From Phoronis australis (Eukaryota; Animalia; Phoronida), in assembly GCA_002633005.1 (NCBI GenBank), contig NMRA01000144.1:790885-854884 (forward strand): DNA of 64,000 nt, read 5' to 3'. Shown in pieces: positions 52,950-64,000 of this stretch (position 1 is its first letter; every line of letters starts with the position of its first letter). The notes beneath the pieces were generated by a model. It searched no databases, had not been told where the DNA came from, and was given only the letters and a program-made list of their open reading frames with translations. Position numbers and translations under genes: made by a program.

Positions 52950-54528
52950 AGACGTCCGGCATGATTTGCAATTTCAACATGGTCACTGAATAGGACGTCA
53001 ATTTCAATTTGTCGAAGACCGTTGACTGGAAAACGTCAGTCACTTCAAAAGTGCAGTTATTATTAACAGAAAGGTCCCGTATTAAAACATGAAGTAAAGT
53101 CTGTACCTCGTCACAATAGGGGCACGTATCAGTTTGGACCGGTCTTATTTGTAAATATTCTATGGATAAAGAGGTACCTAAGTTCTCTAATTCAGGATTT
53201 ATGGGAAGGCTAAAGGGTAAAAAATTAAATTTCTCTGGTTTCTTTTTCATCATAAGAATTACTTAACCGCACATGATTGTCGGGTTCCTGTGCAAAAGTA
53301 TGTATAGTGCAATTTTTAACCCAATCTTTACTACGACTATTATAATTAATTAAATGAAAGTTGTTACAACCAATAGATCTTGCTTCTAGTTCGCCAAGAT
53401 GCTTTCTCAATGCACTAATAACCCTATTGTATGGCAATATCCAAAAATTCTTGAGATTGCATTTGTTTTTCATAAAATTCCAGCCAAGAATTTTATTTTC
53501 ATTATCTAGAAGATCTTCGCAAAATATCAGTCTCGCTTCAAACATTTCCCGACAAAATACCTATTTATTTTTTAGTAAAATGTTTTGATTATTCCACAAG
53601 ACCTGTTTGCTAATAGGAATATTCTTAAAAATTTCTATGTTCAAAGGGTCTAAACTTTTAAGCATTTCAGTATAAAATGAATTGTTAATTAATATTTTCA
53701 AAATGTCTTAAACAGAAGTTTGAAAAAATAAGGACACCACCCAATTTAGTTAAAAGAAACTTGGGATAAATTTTCCAACTACCATTTCCTTCTGAATTTA
53801 AACGTTTCACCCAATTGAACATGAGACTATTTTTAATTATTTCCACACTAGGATATTTTAACCGTCTTTCATATGGAAGTACAGTGATAGATTCCTTTAT
53901 TCTTGGTGGTTTTCCACACCAAATAAAATCTCTAATTACTTTATTTAGTTTTATAATCCTATTTTTTTTGTTATTTCAATATTGGCTAAAACGTGAATCA
54001 ACCTTGACAAACCGTAAGTTTGTACAACATGAATCCTCCCCGTGGTCGTCAAATGTCTAGTTTTCCAATTATTTAATAGATCTTTTAATTTATTACCATA
54101 ATTTAGCTGTTCAACTTCTTCGTCATTTTTCCGATATATATTCTTAGACTTTTATAGGTTTTCTTGGCCAAGAGATATTGTACATTTTTCAAGACAATTG
54201 GCACTACCTTGGTCAGTAATATATGAACCTTCGCACTTTTCAGGACTTTTAAATGTAAGCCAGAAATGTTTCCACATAGTTTTAAAAATTAAAACATTCT
54301 TTTCCTGAATTCTCGTCTTGAGTGAACAAAATGGTGTCATCCGCGTACTGTTTTATTTAGATTTCGTTATTATAAGTTTTTAAACCATGAAAGTAATTAT
54401 GTTTTCAATGAAACGTGACGTAAGCTTTGCACATATCACAAAAAGTGGACTTGATAGCGGATCACCCTGTCGTGCCTCCTTGCACATATCACAAAAAGTG
54501 GACGGACTTGATAGCGGATCACCCTGTC
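52950..54528 (-). mobile_element. Decayed L1/Tx1 ORF2 (RT through zinc knuckle)
   Basis: Minus strand: QGDPLSSPLFVICA, YADD at 54336-54347, FIWCGKPPRIK, CPYCDEVQTLLHVL; many frameshifts. Confidence 0.88.
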
Positions 54529-56661
54529 CAGGGGCGGATCTACGGGGGAGGGGGTTCAGGGGGTTTAAACCCCCCCCTCGGGCCAGGACCCAAAAATTAA
54601 AAAAAAGCGTCCCCAGCAAAACAAAAACGGCACCGCCAGAGTGTGTAAACCCCAAGTAAACCAACTTGGAAAAAATTGAGGGGGGGTTCACTCCGAAAAT
54701 ATAGTTTTTTGCGTTGTGAATTGCTGAGTCTTTGAGGCTCATCGGCAAAACGGGCGGGGATTTATTGTGCGCGCAGTTCCGTCGACACTTCTGAAGTAGC
54801 CAAGCATTTTAGATGGATTCACCACTGAAAGAGAAGTTCTATAGCTGATTTCTTTAGGTAACTAGCTTCTTTACTCTAAGATATATTTTGATTTGATTAG
54901 GGGTAATACTGCGGTGCTGCAACCCTGATATTCAGGCGAATTGACGTGCAACGTTTTTACCTCATCTGTCATGCCATGTCATTCTATTACACTCCACACG
55001 TTTGTAACTGATGTACAGTTGTCTTGCGCAATATCATACAGTGTACATGTACATGTAATATTGTGTACATGTACATGTAATATTTTTGAAAAAAAAATCT
55101 TTTTCCGAAGAATTGCTATTGTGGCGGGCGCCGTGGTCTGGTCGCGAGTCCGTTTGAAGACACACTCTATAACAAGTTATGTCTATACAAGGAATGACCA
55201 AGGGCGCACCCACATTGAGAAAGTGACCGCATTTGCGAAAAGTGTACAGTACCAGAAATTGCGGGGAGGCTGTTCTTTCACAACAAAGTCTTGCGGGACT
55301 CGTGCGATGTTCAATAGGCCTCATAAGGAGCCCTAGTTCCGACCTCAACACCTACCTTCTGTCTACCTGCCGTCTTCTATACTGGGAATTTCCGCAGAAA
55401 GGCTCACCCGATGAAACGCTCATGCCCATGGGCATTTATTTGATATTAGTACTTCGGGTTTCAAGCGTTCAGACATTGGGACGTTTATTTCGAAAATTGC
55501 AAGAGATGCAAATAGGTCGTGGGATGCTTCGTCAAGGTTTGAAGTAGTCCATGATGAATGGATCAAATTTATTTGCGCATGTAAGTCTTTTGAATGGACT
55601 TGGCAACCTCAAGGGTCTTAGTGTCAACTGAGCTGCGAAACGAGATGCTGACATTGCAGAGGCTTACAAGCTCATTTGACACAGGAGTTGACGAAGTGCA
55701 AGCGTTGGGAACAAACATCGAAGATATCTGGGAAGAATGGTTCCAAGACGAGCAAATCATTGGATCCGATATACAAATTCCTCAGCAGTCTAGACAACAG
55801 AAGGATAGGACCAAACGTATGAGTAACCACTGGGGATTAAAATTTTAGAGAGAAGTTTTCAATTCAAAATTTTTTGCATAGTACACTTTAGGTCTCGCGA
55901 CGGACCAGGCTAGCTTGATTTGTGTAGATGTTGAGTTTCAGTGTACTTCTGGTCCCTCGGCGAACTAGTCTTGTGATTTTTTACCAAAGTGTGCTTTGTA
56001 AAACTATTTATCTCAGCCAGTACTGTTTGGTCCCGCTACAGATCGACTACTTTTATAGGGATAATAAGCACAGGTGTACTCTTGGTCTCGTGGCGGACCA
56101 GGTCAGCTTTTTGTGTACTCTCAGTGTACATCTGGTCCCTCTGCAAACTAGTCCAGTGTATCTTTTCACCACTGTGCACAGGATGTTTTGGTTTCGTGAA
56201 ACTGTTTTCAGACAATTTGTTTCCTGATAGATTTGACGTTTTTCAATTGTTGTCAACGTGATTCAGCTTAATAAAGTGATACCTAATTATTTATTGTCGC
56301 TTTTAATNAAATTTTTGAATTTCATTAGTCTAGTTTTTAAGTCAATAAAGCATTTAGAGCTGCCCGACATTCATGAATATCACTGTTATCGTTTAGTGGT
56401 CCTTCTTTGCGATATGGTGGTCTGATGATGGATCGAATTTTTGCAAGTCAGCCTTCAGGCTTCAACTAAGTTCAGTGACGCATCGCCATTTCTTACAAGA
56501 CAGCTTCTGTGCTGTGCACGAATGTTTTGTGTTTTTGATGAATTTGGAATCTCAACTTCCCCTCGTGAGTAGTTGGCAGTGTCATGCCGGAGGTGAGGGC
56601 GTAGTTCTGAAAAAAGTGGGAGCTAAAGCCCTCTCAGCCCTCCCGTAGTGCACCACCTATG
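54529..56661. mobile_element. Possible hAT-like insertion
   Basis: Begins CAGGGGCGGATCTACGGG; a weakly matching inverted end cccgtagtgcaccacctatg at 56642-56661; no TSD seen. Confidence 0.35.
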
Positions 56662-56759
56662 GACTACTGAAAAAACTTGGACTGAAGTAATACGCTCCGC
56701 AAAACTGTTGCTTTACAAATTTTCGAAATACATGTATGAATGATTAAGTGCACATTTTC

Positions 56760-57030
56760 AAGACGACCTATGCTGCAAAAACGGAGACCCTAACAACACT
56801 GAATTGTCCTGGACAGGGCCCTCAAATGGTAAACCATACACTGATACCGAGTTTTCAATGTTCTCTTGAATTTTCTCTCTGATCAGAATTCGAAGTCTTT
56901 CTTTTTTGTCCTTCCCCAGTCCCACACCTTTGTCGGTTGCCATGGTTTGACCCTGAGGCATGCAATTTTTTGGGGGGGTTGGACTCGCCCTCCCCCGCTT
57001 ACTAAGGTACTGATGCACGGAGTCCATCTT
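56760..57030 (-). mobile_element. LINE ORF1-like fragment
   Basis: MDSVHQYLSKRGRASPTPPK...EKIQENIENSVSVYGLP resembles an ORF1 coiled-coil/RRM junction (NxxIxGLP); lies upstream of the minus-strand ORF2. Confidence 0.45.
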
Positions 57031-57565
57031 TGGTCTAAGGTCAATGTTGTGTTTCAACACGCACTCGTTGTATAGCTTGAGCATTAAATTAAAGGTTTAA
57101 GAAATACAGGAGCATTTTTGCGCATTTACTTGTGCGTGTAAAAAGGTTTATGGATTCGTACTGAATTTGTTGCTGCAACTTGTCTCATGGGCCTGTACCC
57201 GGCAAGTGACCACAAATGTGGACACTAATTTGTCTATTGCGCAAGTCGACTGTAGCAAGGAGGCTAGTGAAAATGTAAGGCAGCACCAGGCCAGTGGGCG
57301 TGTGTGACAACTCGGATTTCTAGTCTCTTATCATGAAAACCATTGAATGGCAATCACCACACCTGCAAACAAGAATTTTGAAGTATGGAGAATTTCAACA
57401 GGAGTTAGTTGTAGACTTAGTGACGAAGCTGCCGACATTCAAGCCACGGTTACTGCCGGTCCTTCGAAGCAATTATAGCACATATACACGAATTTTTAAG
57501 AATGGCAAGGGTGCGTTTTGTGTTGACGGAAATGTCCATGGCGTCGAGGAATTTGAGGCATTTAA

Positions 57566-58897
57566 AGGCGAAGGCAACCTTTTTTCATATCACTTTTAGC
57601 AAAAATAAGGTTCGTTGATTATCCCAGACACATTTTTCACTCTTTTACAGCTTTTCGTAATTTGATTAATTGGCCTCGTCCTCTACTCCGGAAGTGACGT
57701 TTTGGGAGGCAAGAGCTTCGCGCAAATTTCTTTTCATAATAGTCTGACTGTGAGAGCAGTCGAGTCAGTCATTGTTCTACCTCGTTTGTGATAAGTGCGG
57801 TCGTCGTTTGCTTTTGTTTACAAGTCAGTCAACATGCCACGCTGTTGCTGCCTGCCGGGATGTACTCATTCGTCTCACACGCGGTTTGGGTACCTTGCGT
57901 CGCTTTCCGAAGCATGACACACTTCGCCATACTTGGCTAGCTCGTTCATGTGAAGAACGCAGCGCTACCCGTCCACGCAACGTACAAAGCAATGAAGGGT
58001 TACCGAGTGTGTGGCAAGCATTTTCTGCCGTCAGATTATGACAGATATGTACGCTGAATTGATGGAGGTCCCTGCGAAACAACGCCTGAAGAATGGTACC
58101 ATACCGTCGCTGTTGATTCCCGGCAGTGCCCCATCGTCAACCCCGAGAAGTGCGTTTTTGACGCGAGAAGCGTCGCGAGCTGTGGCCACTATATAGTGAC
58201 TGGAGGCACTTCATCTACTGCTACCCGTGCCTCCGAACGTACCCCATTGCGTGCAATTCCGGGAACTAGCAGTGATTCGCCCTGTGCTGTTGTCTCTAGC
58301 ATAGAGCCTTTAAGCAGCCCTGCAGCGATGTTGAGTAGTGGGAGTGAATACAGGCCCAGTTCGACACCCAGTGAAGAGGACAGTTCGTCACCCAATGAAC
58401 AGATCGGTGAGCCTAAGTTTGATAAGTTTATTGTGGACTTGTATTGGAGCTATTTGGAAGGTGCCAGGTGTGTGGCGCGGGAGTCACACGGCGGGATATA
58501 AGCAGTAATTGGGGGCTCAGATCACCCTCCAGTGGGAGTGTGTCGCGGGACACTCGGGCAAGTGGGACAGTTCTTCCTCTGTACGTGAGACGATAATGAG
58601 TACACCCCAGTACGCAGCAACAGCGTGGCATGTTGACTGACTAGTAAGCAAGAGCAAACGACGACCGAACTTATCACGACTGAGGTAGAGCAATGACTGA
58701 CTCGACTGCTCTCACAGTCAGACTATATGAAAAGAAATTGGCGCGAAATTCTTGCATCCCAAAACGTCACTTCCAGGAGTAGACGACGAGTAATTAATTA
58801 AATTACAAAAAGTAGTAAATAAGTGAAAACTGTGTCTGGGATAATCAACGAACTTTATTTTTGCTAACAATGACATGAGAAAAGGTTTCCTTCGCCT
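57566..58897 (+). mobile_element. Kolobok-type element family A, copy 2, with two transposase-side ends
   Basis: TTAA at 57562-57565 and 58898-58901. THAP pseudogene on + from ATG 57834 to ~58587. 58584-58897 is an inverted copy of 57566-57880, including ATG 58631 (MPRCCCVLGCTHYRLT). Confidence 0.9.
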
Positions 58898-59372
58898 TTA
58901 ATGATGAACAACTGTTGTGGCTTAATTTGGAAAAACACCTAGCAAAACTAACTTCCAAGTATGCATACTTTGGCGGAATTAAGAAATACGATTATGGCAG
59001 TGCTAATTGTAGCAGAGCTACAAAGTGTGCTAAAATGGTAGAAAATTAGGCATAACATTTCTGTAGCAGACAAAAGGTTGTTTGGCGCAGGAGAAGGCCG
59101 ATGTCTTCAATGCTCAGAAAAATTTCGGCAGGCAAGAGACTTGCCAAGAAAACGGCACAGTTGAGTCCAGGCATTCTAAAGGAAGAACTACAGCCAATTC
59201 CAGTTATTCGGTGCAACTTCTCTCACCCGACGGCGTTGTTTCACGATACCGCAACCTCAAACAACGTCAAAGAAACGAAACGCGGAGGGTGAGATATTAC
59301 AGAGTATTAATATTTATTATTGGATACAGGTATCTACGACAAAATGAATTTCCCACAGTCATTTTTATGCCG

Positions 59373-59666
59373 ATAGCAATGTTTTCGTCAACTGAAGAAG
59401 AACAGGAATCATAGACAACCCGCGCGCTCCGTCTATGGTTCTTACACTTCAAACGTTTGTCAACACGATAGATAGCCGCAGAAAGTTCGATGTTGACCTC
59501 ATTCTAATCTCTGCAATCCAAATAGCAATGTTTTCGTCAACTGAAGAACAGGAATCATAGACATCCCGCACGCTCCGTCTATGGTTCTGACACTTCTAAC
59601 TTTTGTCAACACGACATGTAGCCGCAGAAAGTTTGATGTTGACCTCATTCTAATCTCTGCAATCCA
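59373..59666 (+). repeat. Tandem duplication, two ~147-bp units
   Basis: atagcaatgttttcgtcaactgaagaa...gatgttgacctcattctaatctctgcaatcca occurs twice. Confidence 0.9.
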
Positions 59667-59939
59667 CTGTCAGGGGACGAAAACAATTCAAAGTCCGCTC
59701 CTCGAAATAGGGCTTGCTTAGCTGGAATTCAGAACTGCGGTCATGATAGTGTTTTCACCTCCTGATTGCTAAGCGATCGAGTGGTATCTTCATCAGCGCG
59801 TGCTCTCAGTGGGAGGTCACCGCTTTATCCACTCAAGCGCTCGTCCAACTGACGAGAGTCTCAGAACTCCCACATGCAAATTTGATATGCAAATGAGGGA
59901 GTACTTGACTACTGCGTCATCTATACAACGTCGGAAAAG

Positions 59940-60571
59940 CTTAAATACCCGTGACTGCGTGTGGGAAGTTGCGATTGAGTGCTCTGAAGTCGATATTTTT
60001 AAAGTGCAATTACACCACTGTTTAAGGTTGCAAAGTGATTTTTATGATATCCTTCTATAGAAAAAGCTTTAATCTCTCTGATAAAATCATCTGTTTCCTT
60101 TTAAACGAAACTTAAGTCCTGAAATTAGACCGGGGAAGGAGGCCAAAAACGGCGGTTTAGCTAGTTGTCCCTTCCTGGTTATCTCTTCCTGATAATACTA
60201 ATAACAAGAGGCGACCAGCTAACACNCCCCATTGACAAAATCCATGAATTTTAACATGCCTCCGCCGACCTCTGCAGGTTTTCTCAGATAATGCCTCTTA
60301 AATACCCGTGACTGCGTGTGGGAAGTTGCGATTGAGTGCTCTGAAGTCGATATTTTTAAAGTACAATTACACCACTGTTTAAGGTTGCAAAGTGAGTTTT
60401 TTGATATCCTTCTATAGAAAAAACTTTAATCTCTCTGATAAAATCATCTGTTTCCTTTCAAACGAAACATCTGTTTCCTTTCAAACGAAACTTAAGTCCT
60501 AAAGTTAGTCCGGGGAAGGAGGCCAAAAACGGCGGTTTAGCTAGTTGTCCCTTCTTGGTTATCTCTTCCTG
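59940..60571 (+). repeat. Direct duplication of ~250 bp (59940-60191, 60297-60571)
   Basis: cttaaatacccgtgactgcgtgtgggaag...ggttatctcttcctg occurs twice; ambiguous N at 60226 between the copies. Confidence 0.9.
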
Positions 60572-60723
60572 CTATTACCCAGTTGTATTTCATTAGATGG
60601 CGTTGAGAATATGAAATGTCCTTAATTTTGTTGATGGAACAATAGGAGACGAGAACTTTCTTCAAAATTGTACCATTTGTATTTTGTCACATCTAACGTG
60701 TACAGTTGAGTTTGCTAAATGTT

Positions 60724-61032
60724 CAGTGGCGGATCTAGTATATCATCAGGTGGGCCAAAGAATTTTTCTGACGCAATTGAGCGAAGGACGATCAGATGCG
60801 CCTACGCAGCTTCAAGGATAAGGGTGCTCGAGCGTCTAGAAAACTAAAAATAAAAAACCAAAAACGAAAACGCTTACGCGGGTAGTCGAGGAAGGCCACT
60901 TGTAAGGAAGTGGGAGTAACTCCCCCCGCCCTTCAGCCGCATCAATAACCGGACTTAATTCTCTGTTTTATTTATTTCGAGGCAGCCAAGGGGGCGGGCG
61001 AGCACCTGCCCCCCTCCTAAAATTGTCTGTGT
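60724..61032. mobile_element. Degenerate hAT-like MITE
   Basis: Begins CAGTGGCGGATCTAG; GC-rich hairpin-like 3' part ggggcgggcgagcacctgccccc. Confidence 0.35.
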
Positions 61033-61235
61033 TGTTTATTGGCACACGATGTCGTTGTGAACTTTGAAGAAGTGTCCCATAATCAATCGCCAAAATAGCA
61101 AACATTCAAAATTAACTTTTAAAACCACTCAATTTGTTATCTGAAACACAAACTACTTTCAAATGTTTCACAAGTTAATATTAGCATTACATGTTACAAA
61201 GTACTTAAGTACACGTGTCACCTTATTCGTTGCAG

Positions 61236-61558
61236 TCAGAAACAGTGCAGTGCTCTTTTATTACGACAAACCATCGTTGCTGGGACTTGGGCCAGCCGCT
61301 GGCAGCTGTGTGGAGTCACTAGTGTACTCTAACGATGATCTGGACATGGCCGTTTTAAAGTTGGACCTACAAGCAGATCTTCCTCTCTCAGTAAGCGGCT
61401 GCAAGAAGTTGGATTCGCTACCACCTCCTCTTACTAGGTTTAAGAAGCTTAACAAAGAAACACAACTTCACTTTGCTGGTCACCCTGGCGGAAAAAATAA
61501 AGTTGCTGATGTCCGCTGCAGTGTTGTGCAAATGGAGCCAAGTGACTTTCGCAAAACG
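61236..61558 (+). CDS. FAM111-like trypsin-fold serine protease, penultimate exon
   Basis: tgcag|TC AGA AAC...AAA ACG|gtaggt; DLDMAVLKL (catalytic Asp region) and FAGHPGG.NKVAD.C. Confidence 0.8.
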
Positions 61559-61928
61559 GTAGGTCTATTCCGACCAGGATATGCCATCATATTGAATTCC
61601 TCACCATACTCTCAATTTACACAGAACGATAGTTTGTTTTATTATAATTCCAATCGCTTTCATACCTGTAGTTTCAGCTTGAACTAATTTCAATAGAGCA
61701 ACCCTGGTCACAAAGACACAGATAATATTTCGCAAATAGAACAGTAGCTCTGCGTCTTGACAGTCAGTCATACATGGCTACAGCTTTATGTCAAGTCTAG
61801 AGGATTTGGTGTTCATAGCAAAGATAGTGTCTTTGTTTCTACCTATTGCTTCCTCTGATTGTCTTGTTGATTTTCAGAGAATTTTCCTTCATTATCTAGG
61901 AGAGATATTTGACATTTGTCTATTTCAG

Positions 61929-62267
61929 CATGACGAATTAAAGCAATGGTCTCAAGCTAGATTTGGGTTTGACGTATTCCCGAAGTTCGGTGATGGTCGC
62001 CGAGCACTTTACAAAACCAGTTCAAACTTTGGTAAAGGTAGTTCCGGATGTCCCGGTTTCGTGCCTGACGAGAAACATGAAGCCAGCGTGGCCGTAATGC
62101 AAACATTTATTTTTCCGAATATGCCACCCATCCACACTGTGCCTTTTGATGAAATTGTCGTTCGTTCCGTTGAACAAGGAATCCGAATGGAGGCCATATA
62201 CGACGACATCAACGTCAGCGATAGCCAATTGTGTACCGAAATCTTCCCTAACGGAAGGCTGTGCTGA
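61929..62267 (+). CDS. FAM111-like serine protease, last exon
   Basis: ttcag|CAT GAC GAA...; YKTSSNFGKGSSGCPG (catalytic Ser motif GSSG), VEQGIRMEAIYDDI, TGA. Confidence 0.8.
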   Translation, partial: HDELKQWSQARFGFDVFPKFGDGRRALYKTSSNFGKGSSGCPGFVPDEKHEASVAVMQTFIFPNMPPIHTVPFDEIVVRSVEQGIRMEAIYDDINVSDSQLCTEIFPNGRLC

Positions 62268-62300
62268 AACTTGTTTTACCACAACAAGTTGTTATAGTGT

Positions 62301-62488
62301 CCAAGAACCTGTGTATTACCTATTGGTCAAACCAAGTCCCTGTGTATTACCTATTGGTCAAACCAAGTCCCTGTGTATTACCTATTGGTCAAACCAAGTC
62401 CCTGTGTATTACCTATTGGTCAAACCAAGTCCCTGTGTATTACCTATTGGTCAAACCAAGTCCCTGTGTATTACCTATTGGTCAAACC
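62301..62488 (+). repeat. 31-bp minisatellite, ~6 copies
   Basis: Unit ccaagtccctgtgtattacctattggtcaaa repeated head-to-tail with no spacers. Confidence 0.97.
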
Positions 62489-64000
62489 TTTCGAAATTAA
62501 GTGAGTTAAGTCAGAATACTGTATGGTTTACAAAATTACGAATAACTTTGTACCAGAGCTGACATCTGCTATTGGTCAGCTTTCAGAACGAGTCAGTTGA
62601 TTAGAGCCTGTTTGAACCGTGTAGACTGGGTTTGGTACATATACAAAAGCTTACACGTGCATGTACATAGATATATGACGTATAGACTTAGTTATTTAGA
62701 GATAGACATAGATATAGACATGTTGTTTGTAACGTCATATATGGCAGTGGAGCTATCATTTCACTTGCAATGGTGGTATTAGGAAACGAACACAAATGTA
62801 GTCGATTGTTTTTTATTTGGGTGGCGGCTTAAACTTTACTAAGACGAGGATGAGCCTAAAGTCCCCGCATTGTACCACTTATGTATCACCAGCATGAGAA
62901 AAGGGGAAATGGAAGCTTGTCTGTTTGGTTGCAGGACATGGACATGGCCTGAACACTGAGTTCTGAGCGCACCATGATGTCACATTACATGTAGATATAC
63001 AGTTAGGCAACTGAGAATGGGAATGGCCTCAACGTTCTGTTACTACATTTTCCTGGTGTAATCACATTGTCTGCAGTATTTTAGCTCATTATGTTATTGC
63101 CTGTTATATCTTCCAATAGTCTTAATTATATTTCAAACCATGTACAGCTCTAACTGATCACTACGTCAAAGTCAGTTTGTCGAGTGAGTGGATTTCTGCC
63201 ATCATAGTACAGTCAGAACAACCAGAGAAAGGAAACGATTGATATTTTTTCAAAAATCTTACATTCATCAATTCAGAACACCAGATGAGTTTTGCTGATT
63301 AAAAAAAATCACGAAAATGTGAACAAATCAGAACTTCCGAACTTCTCTGTGTTGGTCTTTTTTGCTGTTTAATTTCCAATGTCAGCAGGGTTGCCTTGGA
63401 AACCTCTTAACATGCGGCGATAATTGAGTGGGTACCCATAATGCATAGGTAAACTGCAACTTATTGTGGTGGCTACTTTGGGTGGTGATGCAATATTAAA
63501 TTATGTTAACTTTGAGCATAGTTACATTTAGATGAGTATTGGGATCATGTTTTGTGGCTTGTTTTTGTGTGTGAAGGTATCTTGTTATTTGTGTTGTTAA
63601 TATATTAAGTTGTCATTATTTTGCACTTTCAGGCTTAGTCGCTATTGGTATTCTAAGGATATCTAGTTGAGACATGTTATCTATAGATTATCCACCAGTG
63701 GTATTTCTGTGTAAATACATGTACACGTGCACAGTATTAAAGATATGTAAACACCTGTTCTTATTTATTATGCCTTCAATAGTCAATGTACACATGTTCA
63801 TAAAGATAGTCCTCTCTGAATGCAAGTACTGTAATATTAAGCCACATACAACTACTATTCAACAGTACGAGAACATCAAAAGTTTAACATTACGGAAACC
63901 GACTAAGACCTTGCAAGAATGCGTCCATACATCCTGGTGAGGTGGATTCACAGTATTTTTTTTTTCAATTTTTAGGGCCATGGTTGGAATTAGAGCATCG

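Noticed and set aside
55200-55330. Missing FAM111 His exon (AFAKSV...)
   Set aside because: Only superficial resemblance; no GTxF or TxxHV motif and no suitable splice sites.
62301-62488. CRISPR-like array
   Set aside because: Units are contiguous with no unique spacers, there are no cas genes, and the context is eukaryotic; it is a minisatellite.

Overview
AT-rich, intron-rich animal (invertebrate, probably lophotrochozoan) genomic DNA, not prokaryotic. Three host genes can be reconstructed from splice sites. (1) PPCDC coding exons 1-3 lie on the minus strand; the rest of the gene is left of the window. (2) A complete 12-coding-exon NACHT/WD40 gene (NWD1/2 family, QUI-1 type, 1304 aa, starting MGCSSS) lies on the plus strand at 12362-49817, head-to-head with PPCDC. 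(3) The last two exons of a FAM111-like trypsin-fold protease lie at 61236-62267. The introns are packed with transposons. Four internally deleted Kolobok-type elements from three families have TTAA target sites. Three of them keep the 5' ends of a THAP transposase and a convergent accessory gene, which in the best-preserved copy carries a P2X7-ballast-like Cys motif; the fourth is a 'two-headed' derivative with two transposase ends. Also present are a Helentron-type HINE carrying a ~150-bp-spaced array of CTCF-like motifs, Tc1/pogo-like MITEs, foldback MITEs, L1/Tx1, CR1/L2 and RTE fragments, and several tandem duplications. All homology calls are by motif recognition only; no searches were run.
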